Source: Mobula hypostoma
Taxonomy: Eukaryota
DNA: 64,000 nucleotides
Assembly (NCBI RefSeq): GCF_963921235.1
Contig: NC_086097.1
Coordinates: forward strand, 40,364,001-40,428,000
Direction of reading: 5' to 3'
Shown piece by piece: positions 1-11,809 of this stretch. A program made the translations under genes and the position numbers. Every line of letters begins with the position of its first letter. Within the stretch, counting starts at the first letter, position 1. The notes under the pieces were generated by a model that was not told the DNA's origin, searched no databases, and worked only from the letters and a program-made list of their open reading frames with translations.

Positions 1-230
1 TAGTGTCTGAGCCAGAAGAGTTAGGTGAGGAGGTACAGAGGTCTCAGAGAATTAGGAGACCACCGGATAGGTTGGCCTATGTAGCACCAGAGGAACAGGG
101 CGTGATAGCTACCATTTCGGGGAGCTATGTCACTGCCTTTTGCATCTGGATCGGGCTTTGTGTTTTGCAGGAATGGTTGGCGAATTATCTCAACATCATG
201 AGGACATGACTAAATTTGGTGCGGGGAAAG
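1..230 (+). mobile_element. 3' end of a Gypsy-type LTR retrotransposon internal region (integrase C-terminal tail and polypurine tract)
   Basis: ORF 3..209 contains QRSQRIRRPPDRL, similar to the RRSxRxRxPPxRL tail typical of Gypsy integrases. A purine tract GCGGGGAAAG (221-230) directly precedes the LTR. Confidence 0.75.
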
Positions 231-831
231 TGTAACGCGCTGTAATGGCTTCTCTGTAATGTTTCACTGCTAAGGCTAATGAAATGGCTTCTCTGTAATG
301 TTCACTGCTGAGGTAACGGTTTCTCTGTAGCAGCAATGTTTGGGTTAATGCTGGAGATAACAGGACTATGGTTATGCATGTTAGCCAATCAGAGATTTTG
401 TTGCTCTGTCTTGTGAATCTGGAAGTAGATTTTTCCTGGAGAGAGATGAGGAGAGAAGACGCGAATGGGGAGATTTGGTAGACCGCCAAACAGGGTGGAC
501 TTGGAGCGAGGGTCCGAAGGGCAGTGATGATCGGAGGAGGTCGATAGTGAACAATCGACTTATCAGTGAGCTCCAACTTTGCGCAACAGACTGTTTAATA
601 AGATTGGGCCCTTTTTTTCTTTTATTTTGTTCCTCTGCTAACCATATAGTCAAAGTAAGAATTATAAAGCTTAATCATTTAATTGCATATTGTGTACTGT
701 TTGTTATTTCAGGGTACTGATTTGTAACAGGGGACACATCGCGCAGCATCCACCCAAATGAGATTCCTTAAGTTTGGCTGGGCCGGGGCTATCACCCCCT
801 ATATTAAGCCGCTAGCCGAAGCAAGAGTTAC

Positions 832-832
<1 letters not shown>
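231..832 (+). mobile_element. 3' LTR of a Gypsy element (602 bp)
   Basis: Inverted termini TGTAAC (231) and GTTACA (827-832), following the PPT. Internal repeats of GGCTTCTCTGTAATG-like units lie at about 247-330. Confidence 0.8.

Positions 833-863
<31 letters not shown>
833..863. repeat. (CA)n microsatellite
   Basis: Direct reading of the sequence. Confidence 0.95.
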
Positions 864-980
864 GTACTGCAATTCACAGTTTTTTTCTCTATTATCATGC
901 ATTGCATTGTACTGCTTCTGCAAAGTCAACAAATTTCATGACTTATGCTGGAGATATTAAACTTGATTCTGATTCTGAGA
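864..980 (+). mobile_element. 3' tail of a Rex1/Babar-like LINE
   Basis: Ends AACAAATTTCATGAC...ATATTAAACTTGATTCTGATTCTGA. The same tail occurs at 12216 (minus) and 54150-54241. Confidence 0.65.
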
Positions 981-1277
981 AGTGAAAAAGGAAATATGAC
1001 AGGCAAGGAGACAGCATGCAGAAAAACTGGTAGTGAGCAAAACAACAGAATCACAAACACCCACTATATAGATAGAGGAACAGCAAGAGGAGAAAGATCA
1101 GAGGCCAAAAAGAATGCCAACTCTTAGATTCAGGGGGATCTAGTGAGGGCGAAGCTTGCGGGTTAATTCTCTGCCTTTAGAGTCAATATTGAGACCACTG
1201 GGCTTGGAATGGATCTGGTTGGTTTGTAATGAAGAACAGATAAATTCAGTCTGTTATATAGCCTCCTAAATACTAGA

Positions 1278-1511
1278 GATACTGCAGATGCTGGAAACCC
1301 AGAGCAGCATGTGCAAAACACTGGAGTAACTCAGCAGGTCAGGCAGCATCTATGGAAATGAATAAACAGTCAATGTTTTGGGCCGAAACCCTTCATCAAG
1401 ACTCATCACCTTCCTGATGAAGGGTTGAGACCTCAAACATTGACTGTTTATTTATTTCCATTGATGCTGCCTGGCCTGCTGAATCTTTGAGCATTTTGTC
1501 TGCGTTGCTCT
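1278..1511. mobile_element. Head-to-head Penelope pLTR remnant (decayed palindrome)
   Basis: CTGCAGATGCTGG...GGCAGCATC...CCCTTCATCAAGACT is followed by its reverse complement CCTGATGAAGGG...GATGCTGCCTGGCCTGCTGA. Homologous to the pLTRs at 7406 and 11231. Confidence 0.8.
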
Positions 1512-2239
1512 GTAGATGGCCTTCTGTTTTGTTATAACTATACTAAGATACATTAATTCAGCTAGCAGGACAAAATCTGTTAACTATAGTAAGTGGTTAT
1601 GATCCAGAATGCATTGTCTGAAAACGAGATGGCTGAAGCCTGAAAAAGCTTTCAAAATAGATATACAAGGAAGCAGAAGAGGATTAATGTCGGCTTATGG
1701 AGAACATCGGTTGAATGGGACTCACTAGATTTCCCTGTTATAAGCAGAAAAAGACTGTGAGTAAAATTACTTTTTTAATGCTATAATGATTTTATAATTC
1801 CACTGATGCTAATCTTACTACACACAGGAGGCTGCAGGTGTATTGCTCTGAAAAAGTTTCAAAAGGATTCCATTACACAGAGATGTGGAACATCTGGTAG
1901 CAATTAAGGGTGCAGTTGATCTATTTGGATGATTTCCCGAAATATTTTTTTTCATTGTTAATTCTGGAAAGACCACAGTAACTAAGAGTTCGATCGATCA
2001 TAAGGTTCATTTGTTTATTATTGGAAATTAACTTATTTTCAATGCTGGTGATAAGTGTGGTGGTATTGGTTAGTTCTAGTATTTTCCTCCTAGAATACGT
2101 AATCTATCCACAGACTTAAAGTACATAGAACATAGGATGGTGCAGCACAGGAACAGGACCACAATGTTGTACCAAAACAAATAAATTTGTAATCAAATAG
2201 CGGACTGAACTAATCCCTTCTGTCTGGAATGGAGATTGG

Positions 2240-2575
2240 AATTAAAATGTTTGGCCATTTCTAACTTTTACCCTGCCTTTAAATTCACTTGGTATATCTC
2301 TGAGACCTTCCTCCTCTTTCTCAAACTGTCAACTGATACATTTTATAAACCAACTGATTCCCACAGTTACCTTGAAAATACCTCTTCCCACCCTATTTCC
2401 AGTAAAAATTCTATTCCCTTTTCTCAGTCCCTTCACCTCTGCCGCATCTGTTCCCAGGACACAGCCTTCCATTCCAGGATATGACAGATATCTTCCACTT
2501 TCAAAAAAAGGTTTCCTTCCTTCCACTATTGATGCTGCCCTCACTTTAATCTCCTCTATTTCCTGAACATTTATG
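2240..2575 (+). mobile_element. Penelope-like RT fragment, degraded
   Basis: SNFYPAFKFTW..FYKPTDSHSYL..SSHP..KNSIPFSQ is homologous to the RT ORF 8223..9182. Confidence 0.85.
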
Positions 2576-2977
2576 CCCAGGATTCTCATGCCAGAAAGCA
2601 GCTAAACACGGGGGAAAATCAAATGGTTTTAGCCTTGGGTTTCTGTACCAATGCAGAGTGCTGTAAGTGTTAGGGGTTCTTTTGGAGTTAGCACAAACAG
2701 CAAGTAACTTCAGCAACAGGCTTCAGTCACCAGCCCTCAGACTCAAATATGAACTGTGGATTAAATCTGAAATGCAGCTCCAAGCAATGGGTTCCTCAGA
2801 CGTGAACCACGGTTAATTGGAAGACCAGACAATGCTGATTAAATCCATTATCTGGGTGTCTGTTGTGTGGGTGCAGAGGGAGGTGCAACAGTGGTGTGTG
2901 TAGTCCATATGAAGCATTGTAAATATGGAATTATCCTCTGATCATTAACATTTAAAATGTTGTGTAGTTTTGGATCT

Positions 2978-3308
2978 TGCTCTCTCTCCCTCTCCTTTCA
3001 CTCCCACTTCTCTTCCCCCCTCCTCTTTCCCCCTCCTCTTCCCCCTCCTCTTTCCCCCTCTCCTTTTTTCCCTCTCCTCTTCCCCCCTCTTTTTCCCTCT
3101 CCTCTTTCCCCCTCCTCTTCTCCCCTTCCCCACTCTTTCCCCCTCCCCTCTTTCGCCTTCCCTCTTTTCCCTGTCTTCCTCCTTCCCCCCTTTCTCCCTC
3201 CTTTTTCTCTCCCCTCTTTCTCCCCTTCTTTCTCCACCCACTTTCTCCCCCTCTCTCTCCCCCTCTCTCTCCACCGCTCTCTCTCACCCCCTCTCCCCCT
3301 CCTCCTCC
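2978..3308. repeat. Polypyrimidine/polypurine low-complexity tract
   Basis: About 330 bp that are almost entirely C/T on the plus strand. Confidence 0.95.
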
Positions 3309-4061
3309 AAAAGACTGTCAGCTTATTTGTGAGTGTGTGTGTATCAAATGAAAAAGACAGTGTTTCGTATCTATCAACTGCGTCTCTCTGATGACTGTTC
3401 ACGCAACAACAGTAGGTACCTGTTGAAGTACTTATCCTTATCAATTGGAAATCAAAACCTGTGGAATTCTGTTAGAAAAGTAGAAAAGCGGGAGAAACAC
3501 TCAGATCCGGAGAGATCTGTGGCCCGAGAAACAGCAAAAGAGAATGTTTGGATGCTTTCCAAGCTCTGATGAAAGTCTGATCTTAAGTGTTAGCCTTAAC
3601 ATGACCTTAAATGTCTCCCTCTCTCTCCCTTTACAGCTGCTACCCTACCTGCTGTGTGTTTCCAGCATTTTCTGTTCTAATTAGTGTGTTGCTGAACTCA
3701 GTAATGATCTGCCACTTGGACTAATGCCAGGTTTTGGCTTGGGAACTGAAGCAGCCCATGTGTTTTACAGTTCAATAGGTGACACAGATATCAATCCAGA
3801 TTACATTGCTGTTCTTCTGTTATTGTTACAGTGAAACAAAGTTTATTGTATTTCTCTGATGATATTAATCTTATGTGTTAATTTCCGTTTGAGAATCTTC
3901 AGCAGGTTTTGAAACGGGAATTCCTTGATGAGACCTGATGGTATCCTAGAAGAAACAATGCTGAAACATTCGCTTAGTTTTATGAAAAGTGAAGTCCTAT
4001 TGTTCTCAGAGCACTTTCTTACAAAGCTGCATCTTTCTGATTTGTTTGACTTGCCACACTA

Positions 4062-4490
4062 TTGTCGTCGTGGTGGCTATCCCTCAAGGTCGAGGATGAT
4101 GGTCTTTGTTCTGTTGATCTACTTATGGGCTCTCAAGTGGCTTATGAGTCCAATCTTGGCTTTGAAAGTTCTTCCGCATTCAGACAGGTAGTTCCAGATG
4201 GCAGATCGGGCTTTGGTTGTTGCTGCTTCTCTTTCCATTTTCTTCTCTTTTCTTCTAATTCTGCACATCTGTGGGCTTCGAAAGTTGCTGTTCCTTCTCA
4301 GATGATGGCTTTCCAGAGTTTCCTGTCCTTGGCATTGGTTTCCCAATTATTGATGATGATGTTACATTTCTTCATGTTGGCTTTTAAGACGTCTATGAAT
4401 CTCTTCTGTTGTCCGCCTCTCTTACGTTTACCTTCTTTAAGCTGGGAGTAGAAGATTTGTTTCAGCAGATGTACCTTTCTGATTTGTTTG
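4062..4490 (-). mobile_element. RTE-clade LINE 3' end
   Basis: Translates FYSQLKEGKRKRGGQQKRF..WETNAKDRKLW and then (frameshifted) SECGRTFKAKIGLISHLRAH, a C2H2-like motif. A short 3' UTR follows. A similar fragment lies at about 54510-54620. Confidence 0.75.
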
Positions 4491-5992
4491 ATTTGCCACA
4501 GTATAGACACCTGTTGATTAGAACCAATCTGGCTGCCTCGCAGAACCTGCCTCTGTTGACAAAGGGTTGACACATATTGATAAGAATAACAATTATTCTT
4601 GAGGTCCATGTGCAACATAACAAGGATTGCAGTTCAACAGATACTTCAAATATATTTTCCAAGGAAATGGTTACTTGCAAAGCTGTAATAAAATGATAGT
4701 TTAAAGTAAAAGCTAAAATAGAACTACCACTCTTTCTGGGAGCATAGTTTGATTTTTAAGTGTCAATAAATTATTTTTCCTTGCCTTTGTATCTCAGTCC
4801 TTTGAAGCTGATTACATTCTATTTCCAATAGATTGTATTGAATAGCGTTCTTATAAAATATTGATCATAAATCTATTAAAGCAGTGCAGTAATTTCTTAA
4901 TTATTAAATCAAAATGAGCCTTGATCACAGGAGGAAAAGTCAAGCAAGTTGAAATCTCAGCTGTTGCTGAAGCTCATGTAATGTTGACATTGTTCACAAA
5001 CTCTCACTGCTGTGGGCTCCTGTGTTAAGAGTCTTTAATTCTTCTCATTATATTCTACTCTTGCTTCGCACCAGCTTTCCTTTTGCCATTAAATCTCTTG
5101 TCTTCCCTCCTTTCCCTGCCTTTGCATTGCTTAAACCTATTAAACCCTATTCTAGTCCAGATCTATTGAAAAGTCAGTGATCCGACCTCAATCAGCATGT
5201 GTCTGCAGCGTGGCAAGTGAAACAAACCAGAAAGGTGGGGCTTTATGAGGAAGTGCCTCTGAGAGTCGCAGGACTTCCCTTTCACGAAGCTCATGTATGT
5301 TTTAGGGTCTTTCCACCATCAGTACTTCTAGGGATACTGTCAATCCTTATCAAACTTATCTCTGATGACAAGTTAGGTGGGGATGGGCTGCCATGAACTT
5401 TTAAAAACCTGTTGTGTCTGAAGGGACCACCTTCCTCAGAAAAGCTTTCATAATGAACCGTCATTGGATTCAGGGATCACAACATCAGGTGAAGTTGACA
5501 TAACAAGAGCTCCTGTTAGGAGCAGAGGCAGTGTTGGGTGGGTGGCAATAATAATAATAAGTCTTGAACTGTGAAGGAAAATGGGTTTGGGGCACGAATT
5601 GCTTTTCAATTCTTTAATAACTTTATTGAATCAGGCATTGTAAAGCAGCCAGGCATATTTGCTATGAATATCCATCATAAAGCAAGTGCAGTTGAGGGAT
5701 GCATTAGATGTAATAAATACACATTATGGACTTCAATCTAAATTAGATTTCGAACGGTGCATGACAAAACACACTCACAATTTCATTGGAGCTACCCTTG
5801 CTTGTCTGGAGCAACTTTAATGCAAATATGGTGCAAACTTGTTGGAAATAGATTGTCTTTTCCAGTGAAGTCAAATAACAGAGCAGAAGGGACTTCTGGG
5901 AGATGTTGAGTTATTATCTCACACAAGGTTTAGTGAGATGGTATGAATTGCAGGTGTATAGAGGTGCATGCTGACACTGGTATTGGAAGGAG

Positions 5993-6073
5993 ACTGTCTA
6001 TGGGGGAGTGTTCTTGGGAACTGTCTATGGGGGAATGCTTTTGGGAACTGTCTATGGGGGAGTGTTCTGGGGA
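5993..6073. repeat. 27-bp minisatellite, 3 copies
   Basis: Unit ACTGTCTATGGGGGAGTGTTCTTGGGA starts at 5993, 6020 and 6047. Confidence 0.9.
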
Positions 6074-6994
6074 CATCATATGTTTCAACTAATTTCTGAT
6101 ATGCTTAATATTTTCTTTTTAAATTGGTACTTTTTGCTCCAAAATTGAGACTATTATTTCAATTGCTGCATCATTACTCTTCAGAATTGAAGAGACATCA
6201 GCAGTCCACTTTCTATTGTCTCCTTAGACTTCATTGCAGCTCAATTAGATATTCTCCCCAGGATAGAGTGAGTAGTGTATTTAACCCTTCCTCTGGGTAC
6301 AGTAGTAGAGTGCTTTGGTGTGGTGTAGTATTAGAGTTTCTTTGTTCAAAATGCTGACATTTAGACCATATGTTAAACTTTTGTCGATCTTGTGCTTCCG
6401 CTGTTTGTGAAACTTCCCATGGCTAAAGCTGAGGAATAGTCAGAAGCCTTTTTTTGTGTCCAGTCACTTTTCACATCTTTTCAACTCCTCTGAAAATGTA
6501 TTTTCTTTTCAACTATCTCATGTCCTGAGATTTACACAGTGGTCAATAGATTTGTATATATGTAAATCAACTGCGATCCTAACTGGGAGGTAACATTTTG
6601 GCAGTGAAGAGCAGAGGGCATGTTAAGTGATGTCATTTATTTTCCATTTCTTTTTAAGAGCATTACCTTTCCTTTGAAGCCTCCAATAAAGCAACTATCA
6701 ATGGATCACACTTATTTATATTTATTTATTTAGGGACTCAGTGCCTCTTTGTTCAGTTCCACAAAACAATTCCATAGGTGAAAGATATGGTATAATTTCA
6801 GGTGAGGTGCAGGATATAAATGCCTCGTGCGAACAGCCGCCATCTACAGTTACACTTTTAATCTCTCAACTTTCCATTGCCAGGCATCTTACCCATTGAC
6901 AAAGTCAATGTTCAAGCTAAATTTATTATCACGTGCACAGGTGTGCAATGAAATCCTACTAACAGCAGCAGGTGAGGCATGTAGCATCATATAG

Positions 6995-7305
6995 ATAGAA
7001 CATAGAACAGTACAGCACAGTACAGGCCCTCTTGGCCGAAGATGTTGTGCCAATCTTTTAATGTACTCTAAGATCAATCTAACTCTTCCCTCCCACATAG
7101 CCCTCCGTTTCTCTTTCATCCATATTCCTATTGAAGAGTCCCTTAATGTATCTGCCTTTACCACTACCCCACGAAGCGTGTTCCATGCACTTACCACTCC
7201 CGGTCATCCACCACCCCCCATACCTTCCACCGATCACTCTAAAATTATCTCCTTTCATATCAGCCATTGGGAAAAAAGGCACTGGCTGCCACTCTATCTA
7301 TGCTT
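6995..7305 (-). mobile_element. CR1 LINE 3' end
   Basis: (TTCTATG)n-type tail plus VSAWNTLRGVVVKA, the CR1 ORF2 C-terminus. Confidence 0.8.
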
Positions 7306-7506
7306 CATACACTGGACAACAATTTTTTCAAAAGTGTTGCTTCCTCAGAATTATTTTTGTTTATGGTAGACCACTTGAAGCTGAACACAAATATAATATC
7401 AGACTTGCAAACACGAGGAATCCTGCAGATGCTGGAAGTTCAAGCAACACACATCAAAGTTACTGGTGAACGCAGCAGGCCAGGCAGCATCTCTAGGAAG
7501 AGGTAC

Positions 7507-7542
7507 AGTCAACGTTTCGGGCCGAGACCCTTCATCAGGACT
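7507..7542 (-). ncRNA. Minimal hammerhead ribozyme in a Penelope pLTR
   Basis: The minus strand reads AGUC CUGAUGA AGGG UCUCGG CCC GAAA CGUU GACU: stem I, core, stem II and palindromic ACGU stem III. Confidence 0.8.
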
Positions 7543-7822
7543 AACTGAAGGAAGAGTTAGTAAGAGATTTGAAAGTGGGAGGGGGAGGGGGAGATCCAAA
7601 ATGAGAGGAGAAGACAGGAGGGGGAGGGATGGAGCCAAGAGCTGGACAGGTGATTGGCAAAAGTGGTATGAGAAGATCATGGGACAGGAGGCCCAGGGAG
7701 AAAAAAACCCAGCGGATGGGCAAGGGGTACAGTGAGAGGGACAGAGGGAGAAAAAAGAGAGAGAGAGAAAGACTGTGTTTATAAATAAATAACAGATGGG
7801 GTACGAGGGGGAGGTGGGGGCA

Positions 7823-8116
7823 TTAGCGGAAGTTAGAGAAGTCAATGTTCATGCCATCAGGTTGGAGGCTACCCAGACGGAATATAAGGTGTTGTTCCTC
7901 CAACCTGAGTGTGGCTTCATCTTTACAGTGGAGGAGGCCATGGATAGACGTATCAGAATGGGAATGGGACATGGAATTAAAATGTGTGGCTACTGAGAGA
8001 TCCTGCTTTCTCTGGTGGACAGAGCGTAGGTGCTCAGCGAAACAATCTCCCAGTCTGCGTCGGGTCTCGCCAATATATAGAAGGCCACATCGGGAGAACC
8101 GGACACAGTATATCAC
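7823..8116 (-). pseudogene. Penelope GIY-YIG endonuclease domain
   Basis: IYCVRFSRCGLLYIGETRRRLGD..EH...HF...LEEQHLIFRLGSLQPDGMN. Confidence 0.9.
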
Positions 8117-8222
8117 CCCAGCCGGCTCACAGGTGAAGTGTCACCTCACCTGGAAGGACTGTCTGGGGCCCTGAATGGTGGTAAGGTAGGAAGTGTAAGG
8201 GCATGTGTAGCACTTGTTCCGC

Positions 8223-9585
8223 TTACAAGGATAAGTGCCGGGAGGGAGATCGGTGGGGAGGGATGGAGGGGATGAATGGACAAGGGAGTCGCGTAGAGAG
8301 TGATCCCTGTGGAAAGCAGGGGGTGAGGGAGGGAAAGATGTGCTTAGTGGTGGGATCCCGTTGGAGGTGGCGGACGTTACGGAGAATTATATGTTGGACC
8401 CGAAGGCTGGTGGGGTAGTAGGTGAGGACAAGGGGAACCCTATTCCTAGTGGGGTGGCGGGAGGATGGAGTGAGAGCTGATGTGTGTGAAATGGGGGATA
8501 TGCTTTTGAGAGCAGAGTTGATGGTGGAGGAAGGGAAGCCCCTTTCTTTAAAAAAGGAGGACACCTCCCTTGTCCTGGAATGAAAAGCCTCATCCTGAGA
8601 GCAGATGCAACGGAGACGGAGGAATTGCGAGAATGGGATGGCAATTTTGCAAGAGACAGGGTAAGAAGAGGAATAGTCCAGATAGCTGTGAGAGTCAGTA
8701 GGTTTATAGTAGACATCAGTGAATAAGCTGTCTCCAGAGACAGAGACAGAAAGATCTAGAAAGGGGAGGGAGGTGTCGGAAATGGACCAGGTAAACTTGA
8801 GGGCAGGGTGAAAGTTGGATGCAAAGTTAATGAAGTCAACGAGCTCAGCATGCGTGCAGGAAGCAGCGCCAATGCAGTCGTCAATGTAGCGAAGGAAAAG
8901 TGGGGGACAGATACCAGAATAGGTTTGGAACATAGATTGTTCCACAAAGCGAACAAAAAGACAGGCATAGCTAGGACCCATACGGGTGCCCATAGCTACA
9001 CCTTTAGTTTGGAGGAAGTGGGAGGAGCCACAGGAGAAATTATTAAGAGTAAGGACTAATTCCACTAGACGGAGCAGAGTGGTGGTAGAGGGGAACTGGG
9101 TCGGTCTGGAATCCAAAAAGAAGCGGAGAGCTTTGAGACCTTCCTGTTGGGGGATGGAAGTATATAGGGACTGGATATCCATGGTGAAAATAAAGCGGTG
9201 GGGGCCAGGGAACTTAAAATCATTGAAAACGCAAACAACAGGAATTCTACAGATGCTGGAAATTCAAGCAACACACATCAAAGTTGCTGGTGAACGCAGC
9301 AGGCCAGGCAGCATCTCTAGGAAGAGATACAGTCGACGTTTCAGGCTGAGACCCTTCGTCCTGAAGTGTCACGAGCATAGGTAGGAAGGGATTGAACAAG
9401 GGCGGATAAAACCGTGTCAAGGTATGCAGAAATGAGTTCGGTGGGGCAGGAGCAAGCTGAGACAATAGGTCTGCCAGGACAGGCAGGTTTGTGGATCTTG
9501 GGTAGGAGGTAGAAGCGGGAAGTGCAGGGTGTGGGAACTATAAGGTTGGTAGCAATGGATGGGAGATCTCCTGAGCGGATAGAGT
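8223..9585 (-). pseudogene. Penelope reverse transcriptase, interrupted and frameshifted
   Basis: Motifs FYLLPKIHK..GRPIVS, MDIQSLYTSIP, QTKGVAMGTRMGPSYA, LRYIDD and FLDL..VYYKPT. Confidence 0.92.
9230..9362 (-). mobile_element. Short Penelope pLTR fragment inserted into the RT of the same family
   Basis: GCAAACAACAGGAATTCTACAGATGCTGG...ACCCTTCGTC interrupts the RT coding sequence and breaks off inside the hammerhead core. Confidence 0.8.
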
Positions 9586-9690
9586 CCCCCCTTCTCTCTG
9601 CTTTCCGCAGGGATTGCTCCCTACGTGACTCCCTTGTCCATTCGTTCCCCCCATCCCTCCCCACCGATCTCCCTCCCGGCACTTATCCTT

Positions 9691-10516
9691 TGTGACAACA
9701 GACCAAATTATCAGAAGATTGATGCCGATAAGAGGACAATGGGGGAACATTCAAAATGCTAATAAGAGAGAGGCGAGAGAGATTACCGAAAGGAGACACA
9801 GTTCCGAGTATTGTCAGAGACCCGTTGCTTTGAACCCGAACTGTTTGAAGTTTGATGGACAGGCGATACCCCAGCAGGGGGATAAAAGGAACAGGTTCGC
9901 TAAGGCAAGACACACGACACCACGAGGTAACGAGACCCTGGAAGCGGTGTGCCCCCACAAGTTGGTGGATGTTTTGGAGGTCTGAAGCGGGACCAGCCAT
10001 AGACGCACAGGGTGGAAAGGTGCGGTCGGGCGGGAACCCGGTGTGTGTGTTTCCGCCCTTGCCTGGGTGCCGGGTTCACCGCAGAAGAACGATCGTATCT
10101 GGAACGGAGGGGTCACAGTTGGTGACCTCAGAAGACATTACAAAGGGCTCGCCCGAAAACTAACTGCGAGGAATATCGAAGGTCTGATTGGAATCCGATT
10201 TGCATATTCATTCGTTCTCTCTCCCTCCCCAACGGCACAACAGCGATTACTGCGAACTGAACTAAATTGAACAAACTCTGTGTCACTTGAGACTGATCAT
10301 TTTACCCCTAGACTGCGATAGAGCTTAATTGATACTATTATCCTAGTTCTGTGTACATGTGTGTTTTATCATTGCTAACCTGTTGCATTTATATCTTTAC
10401 TATCCTTACTGTGTTACTTATTTCTTTAATAAAACTTTCTTAGTTTCAGTAATCCAGACTCCAACTAAGTGGTCCATTTCTGCTGGTTTGGCAACCCAGT
10501 TACGGGGTACATAACA
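9691..10516 (+). mobile_element. Solo LTR (826 bp) related to the Gmr1-like element at 45151-49892
   Basis: TG...CA termini and a 4-bp TSD CCTT (9687-9690 / 10517-10520). The Penelope sequence resumes in register after it. Its 3' end is the near reverse complement of 45151 onward. Confidence 0.9.
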
Positions 10517-10630
10517 CCTTGTAAGCGGAACAAGTGCTACACATGCCCTTACACTTCCTCCCTTACCACCATTCAGGGCCCCAGACAGTCCTTCCAGGTG
10601 AGGTGACACTTCACCTGTGAGTCGGCTGGG

Positions 10631-10924
10631 GTGATATACTGCGTCCGGTGCTCCCGATATGGCCTTCTATATATCTGCGAGACCCGACGCAGACTGGGAG
10701 ATGGTTTCGCTGGACACCTACGCTCTGTCCGCCAGAGAAAGCAGGATCTCCCAGTGGCCACGCATTTTAATTCCACATCCCATTCCCATTCTGATATGTC
10801 TATCCACGGCCCCCTCTACTGTAAAGGTGAAGCCACACTCAGATTGGAGGAACAACACCTTATATTCCGTCTGGGTAGCCTCCAACCTGACGGCATGAAC
10901 ATTGACTTCTCAAACTTCTGCTAA
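10631..10924 (+). pseudogene. Penelope GIY-YIG endonuclease domain (inverted copy)
   Basis: IYCVRCSRYGLLYICETRRRLGD...QPDGMN, a paralogue of 7823..8116. Confidence 0.9.
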
Positions 10925-11230
10925 TGCCCCACCTCCCCCTCGTACCCCATCTGTTATTTATTTATAAAAACACATTCTTTCTCTCTCTCTCTCTCTCCTT
11001 TTTCTCCCCCTGTCCCTCTCACTATACCCCTTGTCTATCCTCTGAGTTTTTCCCCCCTTCCCCCTTTTCATTCTCCCTGGGCCTCCTGTCCCATGATCCT
11101 CTCATATCCCCTTTGCCAATCAACTGTCCAGCTCTTGGCTCCATCCCTCCCCCTCCTGTCTTCTCCCATCATTTTGGATCTCCCCTTCCCCCTCCCACTT
11201 TCAAATCTCTTACTAGCTCTTCTTTCAGTT

Positions 11231-11266
11231 AGTCCTGACGAGGGGTCTTGGCCCGAAACGTCGACT
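11231..11266 (+). ncRNA. Minimal hammerhead ribozyme in a Penelope pLTR
   Basis: AGUC CUGACGA GGGG UCUUGG CCC GAAA CGUC GACU. Predicted cleavage is after C11262. Confidence 0.82.
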
Positions 11267-11809
11267 GTACCTCTTCCTAGAGATACTGCCTGGCCTGCTG
11301 CGTTCACCAGCAACTTTGATGTGTGTTGCTATAATTTCAGACTACTTGTATCACGCAGAAATTTGGAGAAATAAGACATTAACTTTTAGTTAATGCATGT
11401 GTTTAATTGCATGATGGTGCCAACACTTTATTTAAAAATAGTTCAACTAAGCTAAAAATGTTCAGCTGATGACTTTTGTTTGTACTCAGTGTCTGAGGCT
11501 TCTCGATTAAGCACCCAACGATAATCAGCTAGCATTGATGGATTCCAGTAGCCCTGCTACTGTTTCACCATGAGCACAAGATCCTGGTAAAACCTTTCAT
11601 TATGCTCATCACTGATAGTGTCAAGGTTTGCAGGGCAGAAGTTGCAATGGGAATGCAGAAAATGAATCTCTAGTGACACGTTTGCACTTTATAGTTTTGT
11701 ATGCTTGAAGCATGTTGTCAACCAGCTGCACGTAGTCTGCTGCTCGATAGTTGCCAAGAAAATTTTCAACAACATCCTTGAGTTCCTTCCACGCAATTTA
11801 CTCCAGTCC

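Larger units (their letters stand above)
7406..11329. mobile_element. Composite Penelope-like element: minus-strand pLTR, GIY-YIG and RT (7406-9585) plus an inverted copy of its 3' part (9586-11329), with nested insertions
   Basis: RT and GIY-YIG ORFs are present and pLTRs sit at both ends in opposite orientation. A 14-bp TSD flanks it: TATAATATCAGACT (7392-7405) and TATAATTTCAGACT (11330-11343). Confidence 0.9.

Noticed and set aside
3370..3400. CTGATGA near 3388 as a hammerhead or C/D box
   Set aside because: No stem II/GAAA or terminal stem was found.
2945..3444. Six overlapping Pro/Ser/Leu- or Gly/Arg/Glu-rich ORFs
   Set aside because: They are artefacts of a low-complexity tract lacking stop codons.
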